Of a DNA stretch of 64,000 nt, positions 42,101-55,098 are shown piece after piece. The stretch's first letter is position 1. Every line of letters begins with the position of its first letter. Source of the DNA: Octopus sinensis (Eukaryota); assembly GCF_006345805.1 (NCBI RefSeq), contig NC_043015.1, positions 36,952,001-37,016,000 on the forward strand, given 5' to 3'. The position numbers and the translations under genes were made by a program. A model generated the notes under the pieces. It worked only from the letters and a program-made list of their open reading frames with translations, did not search any database and was not told the DNA's origin.

Positions 42101-42547
42101 TATTCTGCTCAATACCACAGATTTGCTTGTCAGTTGTTTGACCTTAACCAGTTGAGCATGTCCCTTAGTGGCTGACGATATGTGCATCTCTGATCACGAG
42201 CAGAAGTAGTGGGGGAGCATCATAGCCATGTGTTGCGAGGGATTCTTTGGGGTTTGAATAGTTCACCTCTGGAAACATGGGTGGTTCTTTCAACATCCTT
42301 AAACAACCCTTATTCAGGGACCGTTTGAGCGGGATCAGCTACTCAACCTGAAGAAAATTCTAACTGGGCCCCACCTGCAAGGTCATGTGCTGTTTATCTT
42401 GATATGAGATCACCATGTCGCGCACATATGGTTGTGATGCATGTGCCTGGTGTACCTTTATCAGACGGGTAGCCATGATGGGTATATTGGGCTTCGTATA
42501 TTTTACCCCAGTGTCACTTTCATGGCATGAACTGCTCTCTCACTCAA
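41941..42547 (-). mobile_element. Non-coding SINE-like element inserted in (TAA)n
   Basis: Three copies or fragments in the window (also 16545 and 21755). Flanked by (TAA)n on both sides; no ORF of note. Confidence 0.75.
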
Positions 42548-42573
42548 TGATAATAATAATGATAATGATGATG

Positions 42574-42608
<35 letters not shown>

Positions 42609-42624
42609 AATAATAATAACATTG

Positions 42625-42680
<56 letters not shown>

Positions 42681-42786
42681 TAATAATAATAATACTAATA
42701 ATAATAATATAATAATAATATATAATAATAATAATAATAATAATTATGAATAATGATAATAATAATAATACTGATAATAATAATAA

Positions 42787-42826
<40 letters not shown>

Positions 42827-42840
42827 TAATAATAATAATA

Positions 42841-43247
42841 TATAGTTGTCAGAGATCATGAAGAAAAAAATGCTTTCTAATTGATGTATCAATACCGGCA
42901 GATGACAACGTGTCTCTAAAAGAAATGGAGAAACTCTCAAAATACAAAGACCTGGAAATAGAGGTAACCAGAATGTGGAATCTAAAAACAGAAACAATCC
43001 CTATCATAGTAAGTACATTAAGCATGATAAAAAAATATTCAGACAAATACATAACAAAAACACCAGGACTTACAAACACATATAACATACAGAAAATTGC
43101 ACTACTAGGCACTGCACACATCCTACGCAGAACACTTTCCATACAATGACCATCAGAGCATCACAACAAATCACAGCACATACCCAAGGCACACAGAGCT
43201 GCGCTCGGTAGTGAAGTGAAAGCACGCTATAAAAATAAAACTACTGA
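42841..43247 (+). mobile_element. R4/Dong-like non-LTR retrotransposon 3' end (REL endonuclease), inserted in (TAA)n
   Basis: IVVRDHEEK.CFLIDVSIPADDNVSLKEMEKLSKYKDLEIEVTRMWNLKTETIPIIVSTLSMIKK...IQKIALLGTAHILRRTLSIQ* (ORF 42910-43149). (TAA)n on both sides, matching the known Dong target. Confidence 0.9.
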
Positions 43248-44062
43248 ATAATAATAATAATAATACATATATAAATACATAAAGCATCACAGTTTAGTGA
43301 CTGATAAATCGTGTAAATCAATATTTATTTTATAACCATGCCTATACATGTTCGAACGGACGTATTTCTAGTATATCAACTTACTATTTATTTATGCTGC
43401 TTTTCATATATTTATGAGGACTCAAAGAAAATATATTTAAATTATCTGTAACGATAATATATGACATTTCCTCTCCTTCATTTATTGTTATTGACATAGG
43501 GATTATTCAAAGTAACCCACAAATAATGCTCCTTATTTATCTCGTTTATTGAAGGGAGAATTCCTTAAATTAAAATTAAAAAAAAAAAGATGGATCTGGA
43601 TGATATTATTTCTTAGATAAAGAGATCATAAACTACAAATAAAAACATATCTAAATTTTAGAAATTCCTTTAGAAGTAACGGAATTAGAGTGTTGTAATA
43701 TTTATACAATCCCTAAAGTACACAATATTAAAATTTTCAACTTGGTTTGTATCACATTTGATACATATCTTTACGATTATTCAAAAATATATAATTATAT
43801 ATAATAATTTTTGTAATCTACTTATTGATATTCACATAAACGTTATTCCCAGAATAAATACCTAATTACCTAGTTTATCAGAGGAAAAATATAAATTTGT
43901 AAGTCTATATATTTATTAATAAAGCATATATATATATATATATATACATTTATATGATACATGAGAGCGAGATAGATAGATACATACATACGTACCTACA
44001 TAGGTAGATAGATATATTTATAAATAAATACATAAATACACATACATGTGTGTGTGTATGTG

Positions 44063-44116
<54 letters not shown>

Positions 44117-44277
44117 CTTTTACCTGCTTCAGGTTTTAGATTGTAGTTATAGTGGGGTTTCGCCTTGAATTTTTAGACGAATGAAGCGACGAATGAAGAA
44201 CCATGGTAGTTATACCATCGTTCATTTTCGCCGAACCGCTAAGGCTATATTGATGTAAACACACTCTCACCGGTTCT

Positions 44278-44308
<31 letters not shown>

Positions 44309-44349
44309 TCTTTTATAGGTTTCAGCCTATGGAAATTACCTAGACAAAA

Positions 44350-44760
44350 GAAATTGCTTACAGAATTTTTAGTTTCACTGAAGTCAGTGAAGAAAAGGTT
44401 GTTTAAACAGACAACAGTAATGGAGATGTCTTATTTTTTCACCATCTGATTTCTTATTTTCCAGATGGCCGGTCAATTGACTGTTCAGGAGTGAGCTAAG
44501 ATAGCAACACGATGCGAAGTTCAGAATTCCATTGTTTTGGTTCACAGATGGTGGCGTGTATTGAAAGGTAAGCATTGCAACACTACGTCCAGAGACAATA
44601 AAAAGTTGTCATTTAAAGCTGATGACAATGGGCTCTATGAAAGATGCAAGAAGTGGCCATCCAGCCACATCCCGATCAGCAGAGAACGTGGTAACAGTGC
44701 GGGAAAGGTTTATTCGCAGCCCAGAAAAATCAACAAGTCAAGAGCTCGAGAAAGTGGACA
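44350..44760 (+). mobile_element. Tc1/mariner transposase N-terminal HTH remnant
   Basis: MAGQLTVQE*AKIATRCEVQNSIVLVHRWW...GSMKDARSGHPATSRSAENVVTVRERFIRSPEKST (ATG at 44465). Confidence 0.7.
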
Positions 44761-45578
44761 TATATATATGTATATATGTATATATAAGACGGGCTCCTTT
44801 CAGTTTCCGTCTACTGGATTCAACCACAAAGGTTTGGCCTCTGAAAGGATCTGTGACATCGACCCACATCCATGTAGTTAGTAATCAAGCTTATCCCTGC
44901 ATGGCCATGCCTAGGAATAATATGTTATGGAGAATCTAGGAATGAAGTCCAGTGCCTTCTACATCCGTTTTATATGCATATTGTTTGAGATCCTATGTCT
45001 CGGGAAGCATTAAACATTTCATCAGTTGTAATGAGGGATGCTTCGGGCATCCAGTCATCTGCACTCCAACAATGTGTCGTCTTTGGAAATCAGAGACACG
45101 ACACGGATTTTAACTTATTCAAATACAAGTATGCGTAATACCGAAATCAAATACGTGAGCGCCATGCTCCGAATGCATAAGCTATGAACGGAGCACTTAC
45201 TATATGCAGAGTGGAACAATTCTGAGTTTGTCATATTGCCATTAATAGGAAGAAACATAGTCAGGATAGTCAGATATGAGTGATGTTTCCTTTATTATGT
45301 CAAACCCTGTATCTATCAATCTATCTACCAAACTGATATATCTATCTATCTACTTGTCTACCTTTCTGTCTCACTTTCTGTCTGTTTGTCTTTTTGTCTC
45401 TGTTTCTGTCTGTCTTTCTATCTATCTGTGTGTGTGTACACACACACACGCACACACACACACACACACAGATATTAATGTATGTAACTGTATGTATATT
45501 CTTGTATATAAATATAGATAAACATTTATTATATGTATGTATATAATATATATGTGTGGTGTATATATATATACAATG

Positions 45579-45629
<51 letters not shown>

Positions 45630-46241
45630 ATATACATGTATATATATACATATATGTAGTGTGTGTGTGTATCCGTCTTCGCACGCGTGTCTGTGGTCCG
45701 TGTAAGCACCATATCGTACAGTGCAATACTCATAAAATATTTTATGCTCTCTAGTGACAAGTATTTCTGAGAATAATGGCCATATTCCTATACTAAATTA
45801 TTCTCCATCAGAGTTATTTTTCCTTTTTTTTTTCTCAGACTTATGGTAACACAAATAACCTGAAATGGATTTTGGTTCCAAATGCTACAATTTCATATTT
45901 GAGTGGTCAATAAAGCATCAGCGAAATCGATTATTAATCGAGTTTCACTTCAGTCGTAAGTGGCATCGCCCAACCATTTGCGGCCATGTTGCAATAAACT
46001 GCTTCCATCTCTGCATGTACACATATACATCAATCTACATGTTTGCATATATACATACACATAAATATAGGTAACACATGTATATGTACGTATGTATGTA
46101 AATAAAATTATGTATATATATAACTATTATCTACACACACATATATACACATATATATACACACCACATATATACACATATTTATATACATTATTAACAT
46201 ATATATACATACATATATATATCCCATATCTATATATATAT

Positions 46242-46288
<47 letters not shown>

Positions 46289-46294
46289 TATACA

Positions 46295-46337
<43 letters not shown>

Positions 46338-47768
46338 TATATAAATATATATATATATTTATATGTATATAAGTATATATGTGTGTGGGCGTTTATAAAC
46401 TCACACACACACACAGATATTCATATATAACTATATATATTATATATACATATAAGTATGTATGCATGTATGTATATATGTTGGGGATGTTACAGTAATA
46501 GAATCAGCAGAGAAGAGCTTAGACAAACTTGCTCTATACATAATTATGTTGAACTAAGCACCCGAAGTCATTTGATGCGTACCTAATTACTCAGTTCTCT
46601 ATAGATTTTTTTATGGTACAGAATAGAGTGAGAATGTAACATTTTCACGTGTCTGTCAATACTGGCTGTGAGACAACAGAGTTTGTGCGCTTTACTCCAC
46701 CAAGTGGCTTCATACGAACTATTACCAAAATGTCGTCTGTTGTAAAGTAGATATATGAGAGAAGTAAATATATAAGTGGTAAACCAATCCATCGCCCGAT
46801 TTGATACAGGATTGCGGCCTTGGACACATCCTACTTCGTTAACTTCCGGCTAATATCGGAACCTCCTTAAATGTCCAGCACACTGTCTGCATTGTAGCTA
46901 TAGCTCGCCATACGCCATGCTTCAGACTATCGATGGTCATGGAAATCTATGTCAAATTCTGAAGATTGATTTTGGTTTGCTTTGGAAAATACACAACAAT
47001 TGTTTTGCTTATCTTCTGTTTCGTACAGTTGTTTTCTTCCTTCTGCTACTCTGCTGCTCTTTCAAGTTTTCTCTTATTTCACAGATTCATTTTAACCTTT
47101 ATGCAGGAGGAATGATTCAAGTTACATTAGAGTGTATCAATATATCTTACGCCTGTGTGAAACGTATATAGAATGCCAGCTGTCTTCTGAGTCCTGTAGG
47201 CCTTATCTGAAGAACTATCTCCTTGGACCAATAACTGGGTCTCTTGCCTGGTAATATCAAACCGTAACAAAGTGCATTCTATAAGGGATACTTAACAACA
47301 AAAACAACCGGGTTCATCTTAATGGTTTTCCCTGAAGAAGGGGTTAAATATATACGTCACTATGGTGTATATCTAACTGAACAAACGTATCAAAGATAGT
47401 CCTGGACTTTGCGATCGCTGTCTTTCCTCATGCACGAAATGTATGACACGAAAAATTCATTTTAGTCATGACAAAACAAATAAATGTTTTTGTTTTACCT
47501 ATATATATATGTATATTTTTTTACCTATACCGTGTTCCTATTCCACACGCTCTATTTAGTTTTCCAATCAAATCCCTAAAAAACAGTCAACTAAAACCCC
47601 TTACATCTCTATGAATGCCAATAAATGAGAATTTTCCTTCGTTCTTATTTCTTCTGAGTAAAGAGAATTTCAGAAGAAGAATTTCCAAAACTGGCGTAAG
47701 TATCCAGCTGTTAATAGCCCTTTACAAGTTGCTTGCAATTGTAAGCGTCTAACTTTACAAGTTGCTTA

Positions 47769-47854
47769 CAATTGTAAGCGTCTAAGAACCATGAAGAGAA
47801 TCAGGTTCTCATAAGAACCTGATTCTCTTCATGGTTCTTAGACGCTTACAATTG
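47769..47854. repeat. Perfect 41-bp inverted repeat with 4-nt loop
   Basis: 47769-47809 is the exact reverse complement of 47814-47854; loop CATA. Preceded by a 33-bp tandem duplication (47720-52 / 47753-85). Confidence 0.95.
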
Positions 47855-48469
47855 ATCCAATGAATTTCCATGTATTCATCAACGAATACGCTGCAATCCT
47901 TGGCCAACAGACGTGGTTTCCTCACACCCTCTCTCTTCTGCTAATCTACAATGTCCAAGAATTCACAGAACTTGCGTGTTTCGTTAAACCTCTAAGCATT
48001 TCCTTTCCCCCATCACGTGTCCCATGACGTATCTGCCACACCAAAATCACAACTTTATCTCCTGTGTGTTAACCCGTAAATATTCCAGAAATATATAATC
48101 TACATTGACCCCATTACACAAAAAAAATTAAATAAGATATCAACAACCAAGGTTATTATGAATATACACTTTTGCTAGCCTCGTGTTATTTGTATTTGAG
48201 CTGATTACCAGCTATCTCATGGACTCGATCTCTCTTTCTTTCTTCCTGTTTGGCTTATTGTACCAATGTGTACACGCACAGGGAAACATACATAAACGCA
48301 TATATATGTGGGTTTTGTGTACTTGTGTCCGTGTATCTGTGTGTGTGTGTGTGAGAAAGAGAGAGAGAGAGAGACAGACAGACAGAGTTTCCGTGTATGT
48401 GTGTGTGTTTATAAACGCACGGCATACCTTGAACTTATTCCATCGATATTCTTTGACGATCTGCCAAGT

Positions 48470-48720
48470 TAGAGGTAAACAAAGGCAATAACACCGGTTG
48501 TTAAGCGCTGGTGGTGGACAAGCGCAGACACAAAGACACACACACATAGAAATGTATACACACATTCTCATATGTGCACGATAGGTTTCTTCAAGTTTAC
48601 GTCTAACAAATCCACACACAAGGCCTTGGTCGGCCCGAGATTATAGTAGAAGACGTTTGCGGAAAGTGCTGCGCAGTGGAACTGAACCCAGAACCATGTG
48701 GTTGGGAATCAGGCCTGCGA
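48470..48720 (-). mobile_element. tRNA-derived SINE (13500 family)
   Basis: Reverse-complement head CCAACCACATGGTTCTGGGTTCAGTTCCACTGCGCAGCAC...GGGCCGACCAAGGCCTTGTG. Confidence 0.8.
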
Positions 48721-48749
48721 CTATATGTATATATATATGTATATATATT

Positions 48750-48820
<71 letters not shown>

Positions 48821-49289
48821 CATATATACATAGATAGAGAATATACAGAGAGAGAGAGAGAGAGAAGAAAGTAAGAGTCCGAGAGAGATATTTCCGTATC
48901 AACATCAGTGCGTGTGTGTGTGGTGTGTGTTTGTGTGTGCGGGGGTGTGTGTATGTATCTTACATCAGGAAGCAAATGATTGTCAGAGAAGTCTGGCTGT
49001 GATTTTAGTATTTAGTAAAAGATATTCGCCATCATCCTGTTTATCAATAAGCAACAAACTGCATCCCGTTTATTTGTTTCCAATACAGAATAGTCTCTTA
49101 TGTGCGTAGAATCGCCTCTCCTCAAACGTTCATTATTAAATAAAACACACATTTAGTTCCATCGAACCTGTAAGGAATATAGAACATATATTGAAGCAAA
49201 TTATAAGAAGAAAGGTTTTTTATTTATTTATTAGACTAAATGGTTTGTGGGAATTCGATTAGAATTTCTGCTTATGGTTATATGTATGC

Positions 49290-49710
49290 CGAAAGGCGGA
49301 GAGTATGCAGACTCCTTAGCCTGTCGGACGAAATGCGTAGCAGCATTTCGTCCGCAATTACGTTCGCCTTCCAAATCGGCTGAGGTCGATTTTGCTTTTC
49401 ACTCGATAGGTTAAGCAGGAGCTACGCATTGAGGACAATATGATCAACTGGTACCCTCCCTACGCTCCACTGAAATTTCACGCTTTGTTGTCAATAGTAG
49501 AAAGGTAGAGAGCTGACAAAACCGTTAACACGTAAACAGGCTAGCAGCATTTATTTCATAATTACGTTCTGAGTTCAAATTCCACCGAGGTCGACTTTGC
49601 CTTTCATTCTTTCGGGTTCGATAAAATAAGTACCAGTTGAGTACTGGGGTCAATGTAATCGACCTTCTCCCTCTCCCAAATGTCAGGCCTTGCTCATATA
49701 GTAGAAAGAA
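49290..49710 (+). mobile_element. tRNA-derived SINE copies (32130 family)
   Basis: CGGACGAAATGCGTAGCAGCATTTCGTCC; TACGTTCTGAGTTCAAATTCCACCGAGGTCGACTTTGCC. Confidence 0.8.
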
Positions 49711-50720
49711 TGACTTCAGGTTCAATAAAAATACCATTTAAAAACTTGTATCGATTTAATAGCCTAACCTTTAATATTCTTGGCTTCCTGTCAAGATCAG
49801 AAATTATCACAGCTATTCGTTTTGGTGTCGTTGATTACTCAAAGTCTTAGGTCATCCAAAAATATGCCTTGTACTTGTTTTTATGTTCAAGGTTCAAAAC
49901 CACCTATTATCAATTTCGGCGTTCATAATTTCGCCTTCATTAAAACCATATGTAGGTGTACATGTAATTGATTTGTCACCCGCCCCCTCAAAATTAGTGA
50001 ACTTTACCTTAATTTGTGACAAAAAAATCAATAACTAATCATATAAACACACTTATTAATAAATACTTAAAACTTTAGATATTTGGACAAAATACCAAAA
50101 AATAATTTCCCCGAGATTTTACGCTCTTGGATCAAATCCCAAAGGCACTAACATTGCTTTTCTCCCATTCCGATCCGAAAAATAAAGAACCAATCAATTT
50201 CGGATTGGGATCGTAGACCAATCCATGCACTCACTGCTGGCCTTGTGGCTTATATTGAAAACAAAATTATATAATTTACTGACGTGTGGTGGGTTTCCAG
50301 ATCAGATACAGCTTCGGGAAAACACAATAGTGTGTTTTCTGGTTCCCTACATACTGAGTTCAAATTCTGGTAAGGTCAACTTTGCACAGTCGTTTGCATA
50401 ATGAACCAACCACGTACATGTTCGATCATATCATTAAAATAAACTAAGAATTATCAGACTGGAGCATTTTTAAAGCATTTCTGAAGACGAATAAGCGTGT
50501 GAGTGTCACAACACAGGAACCTTACACTAAATGTACAGATAATCTGACAGGTTTCGAAACAGTTTCCTTTTGATGTAGTTCAGACATATAAGACCTTGTT
50601 AAGCTAAGCCATATGCGTGAGAGAGCTGAGCGATTAAGTGATTTGCTTCGAAAACTTACGGCCACATGACATCGTGTTTGCGAAGGGAACTTTGAAATGA
50701 CTCACCCCAAAATTCAGCCT

Positions 50721-50780
<60 letters not shown>

Positions 50781-50786
50781 ATATTA

Positions 50787-50829
<43 letters not shown>

Positions 50830-51438
50830 GAGTGTATGGGGTGTGGGGGTGCATACGCATATGTGTGTGCGTATGTGCGTTTTTTGTGCCTATGTGTATG
50901 TTTATATATATTGTGTAAGATATAAATTAGAGGTAATGAAACCATCTAAGGGATAGATGTATCCTTAGGCACTCCTGGTGTATTATCTCAGTATGTTTGG
51001 TCCTTGTTATAAGGTATACGGTAGTAGGTGATTTAAAAGGTAAAACCGTGGTTGAATACATAGAGAGACGATAAGAAATGGAGCAAATATAACAGTTACA
51101 AGTGGATCATTAGTGTTTTAATGTCATTTAATAACGTCATCGCTATTAAATGATTTTGAAAATTTAATGATCTGCTTCTGTTATTATTGCTCCGAATATA
51201 TGTACATTTTTTTACATATTCCCTAAATTATACAATTATTTTCGTAAACTAAGGTTTCATCGATTATATTTTCAACTATATTCATATCTATACATTGCTT
51301 TGAAAATAATTAACAAATATTTAAAGACTCATTATTTCTGTTAAACATCTGTTCTACTTCTTTCTACAACAAAGTCATAAGCAAAATTTAGGCGAAAAAT
51401 CAGTAGAATATATCTATGTATCTACCTATATAATATAT

Positions 51439-51474
<36 letters not shown>

Positions 51475-51894
51475 ATATATAATATACATAGATAAATAGT
51501 TAGATATGTATCTGTGTATGTATATATATATATATATCTATATATATATATATTATTAATATTATATGAAATAGAAAGATGAATAATCTTGTTGCAGATT
51601 AATCAAAAGTTTAACCGATACCTTGGTAGCAAAAATCACAGCAGAAGACAGCACGGTTGGAGGTACAACCATATGGTGTTGCAGCCGTGCGTTGGTGCGG
51701 ATAATTGAATTTTAATATTTTTAGTGAATTGAAGAAATGGAGTTGAACGAAGATTGAACAGAAATCGTTTTATTTCTTCAATTCACTAAAATATATATAT
51801 TTATATATATATTTATATGTACGTATATATATATACATATATATTTATATATATATGTATATATATATATATATGTATGTATATATGTATACAT

Positions 51895-52190
51895 ATCACG
51901 TGATCACGTGACCGACCAGTCCATCAGATGCAGTTACACATCGCTGGTCACAATACGTTTGAATGACGCCACCACGCAGGCCAAGCGAGCAGGCCAACAG
52001 AAGAAAGAGTGAGAGAAAGTTGTGGCGAAAGAGTACGGCAGGTTTCGCCACCCCCTGCCGGAACGTCGTGAAACTTTTAGGTGTTTTCGCTCAATAAACA
52101 CTCACAACGCCCGGTCTGGGAATCGAAACCGAGATCCTACGATCGCGAGTCCGCTGCCCTAACCACTGGGTCATTGCGCCTCCACATGTA
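51895..52190 (-). mobile_element. tRNA-derived SINE
   Basis: Reverse complement gives GTGGAGGCGCAATGACCCAGTGGTTAGGGCAGCGG...GGTTTCGATTCCCAG; head shared with 12905. Confidence 0.85.
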
Positions 52191-52535
52191 TATATATATA
52201 TGTATATATATATATACGTGTGTGTGTGTATGTATATATGTGTGTATGTATGTTTATGTGTATGCATAAGTGTATGCATGTATGTAGCTGCATTTCTATG
52301 AGTGTGGTGGGGACTTGTTGTGCAGCAATTCCCATTAGTATCAATAATTAATAGTGTTTCCAAGAAATGATGTTGTTAATAATTCTCATCAAAGACTGAA
52401 ACATCTTATTGCCGGGAGGCTGCTAGATTCCTCAATGTATATAGAGATATCTTCAAGTTGGAAACCTATTATGATAACAAAAACTTATTTATGCATAATG
52501 AATATTTACATATTTCGTTTAGACATTTCTTTGAT

Positions 52536-52572
<37 letters not shown>

Positions 52573-52666
52573 TACACACATGCGTATCTCTTTCTTCTCT
52601 CTCGCATCTATCTCTCCTCTCACACTCTCTCTTTACACGAACACAAACACATTATATATATGTATG

Positions 52667-52719
<53 letters not shown>

Positions 52720-53014
52720 GCGTACACACACATAAACGTGTTTGTTTAAATTGGCATTTTACCGTAGGGCCCCTCTGTACTTCATGTGAAACTACATTTA
52801 TGTTCTGTAATATTGTTGATGTTGTTGTATAAGTACTCATGATAACCAATAATTATATGAGACGAAGTCATACAACCTTTAAAAAAACAATTCAAAAACT
52901 GATTATAAAATTAAACATAATTATAATGGAAACAATACTTATTGGTTTACCGTTGTTACTTCTCTCTCATTTTCTGTTGCTTCCCATATGTATATATATG
53001 TATATATATATATA

Positions 53015-53109
<95 letters not shown>

Positions 53110-53207
53110 GTATATATATAATAAATATTACATTATATAAAAGGGCTTAGTAAAAATAATACTTTGCCACATACTGAACTCATTTCCCAATCCGAATCAA
53201 GGAGTTC

Positions 53208-53259
53208 TGAGCTGACGAAAGAAATGTCGATTTGACTAATCTAGAAACGTACGTTCTCA
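53208..53259 (+). ncRNA. Type I hammerhead ribozyme (family D, copy 1)
   Basis: TGAG CTGACGA A AGAAATGTC-GATTT-GACTAATCT A GAAA CGTACG TT CTCA. Stem I TGAG/CTCA, perfect palindrome ACGTACGT; cleavage predicted after GUU at 53255. Confidence 0.75.
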
Positions 53260-53777
53260 AATAACCTTTGCACTTGTGAGTTTTTTAATGTTTTTACCCC
53301 CATACTTTCGTGAGTTGGTTTGAGCAAACACTATCTGAGAGAGATTTTCTTTAAGTATTAGAAATAGCTAAAAAAAAAAAAAAATTTTTTTAGCTGCTAT
53401 TTCTAATGAGTTCAGTATGTGGCAAAGTAATTTATTTTACTAAGCCCTTTTATATAATGTAATATTTTGAATTCGCCTTAAATGGTCCCTTTACATACTG
53501 AATACTTGGTGAAATTGATTAATAATTAATTAATTTTACCCTCAATTGTTGAAATTATAATTCATTTCTCTCTGTTTAATGCTTCGGTTTTTCACCGATA
53601 AAACATAGTGTGTTTTCAATTTTAACCCACGCTGGTGGAAGGGGGAGAGCAGAAATTCTTCGCTTGCATATTTTGAATTTGGTAACACTGATAGTTCGAG
53701 CGGATGTCCAGTGGTGATAGGAAGCCAAAAGGGTATGCTCCCACTTTCAGTGTTCCCAAATCCGAATCAAGGAGTTC

Positions 53778-53829
53778 TGAGCTGACGAAAGAAATGTCGA
53801 TTTGACTAATCTAGAAACGTACGTTCTCA
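53778..53829 (+). ncRNA. Type I hammerhead ribozyme (family D, copy 2)
   Basis: Identical to 53208-53259, 570 nt downstream; cleavage predicted after 53825. Confidence 0.75.
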
Positions 53830-54124
53830 AATAACCTTTGCACTTGTGAGTTTTTTAATGTTTTTACCCCCATACTTTCGTGAGTTGGTTTGAGCAAACA
53901 CTATCTGAGAGAGATTTTCTTAAGTATTAGAAATAGTTAAAAAAAAAAAAAAAAAAATTTTTTTAGCTGCTATTTCTAATGAGTTCAGTATGTGGCAAAA
54001 GTAATTTATTTTACTAAGCCCTTTTATATAATGTAATATTTGAATTCGCCTTAAATGGTCCCTTACATACTGAATACTTGGTGAAATTGATTAATAATTA
54101 ATTAATTTACCCTCAATTGTTGAA

Positions 54125-54156
<32 letters not shown>

Positions 54157-54159
54157 CAC

Positions 54160-54217
<58 letters not shown>

Positions 54218-54395
54218 ATATAAATTATATATATATGTATATATATATATGATATTATACACATATATATATATTATATATATATATCTATATACATATA
54301 TATATATGTGTATGTGTATATATATATATATATACACATAAATATATACATATATATATATATACATATATATATATGTTTATATATTATATATG

Positions 54396-54439
<44 letters not shown>

Positions 54440-54478
54440 CAAATTATCTAAATTGACCTATGTAGTCTCCACCACACA

Positions 54479-54865
54479 AAATACATCATCCTCCAAAACA
54501 TACCCCTGCTCATGAAAGACCTGCGAAAGGAAAGGTCAGTAGAAACACAGGATTATCAAATGAAAACACAATCGTAATCGCTAAAAAAGTTACTCACCAG
54601 CGCCAAATTACCCACCAAAATCACAACCCCACTAGTCAAAAAGTGCAACCGCTTTAACTGCAGAACTTGAATCTTCCTATTAGAGGGCTCAGCATAAACA
54701 TTTAGGGAAGGTCAATGTTTTACCATAAAGAATCACTTCACCTGTGCTTCGAAAAACTTTATCTATGTTCTCAAATGTGGAGGGTGTAGTGGAGATTACG
54801 CAGGTAAAACTAGGTTAACCTTGAGGGACAGACTAACGGTGCACAGGCAACAAATCCGATACCCC
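54479..54865 (+). pseudogene. Penelope-like element GIY-YIG endonuclease remnant (3 in-frame stops)
   Basis: SLKKLLTSAKLP...VKKCNRFNCRT*...[46 protein letters not shown]: Cys-rich linker plus IY..C..C...Y.G.T...L..R...H. Confidence 0.9.
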
Positions 54866-55026
54866 TACTCATGCATGTATGCATATATATGTAGTATATA
54901 TGTAAATGCGTATACATACATACATGCGTATATATATGTATATATAATATATGCATATATATATATATGTGTGTGTATATATATACATGTATACATATAT
55001 ATATTAAATATGTGTGAATATATATG

Positions 55027-55067
<41 letters not shown>

Positions 55068-55098
55068 TACTTTATTTGTAAGCAGCAGAAAATCAACA

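Larger units (their letters stand above)
53124..54126 (+). mobile_element. Retrozyme-like element: 570-bp period tandem (about 1.65 units) with two identical HHRs and a 5' inverted segment
   Basis: 53184-53555 is nearly identical to 53753-54126. 53124-53184 is the reverse complement of 53405-53466. (TA)n flanks; no ORF. Confidence 0.85.

Noticed and set aside
42172-42210. CTGACGA...GAAG in the SINE-like element
   Set aside because: GAAG instead of GAAA, and no stem I or III.
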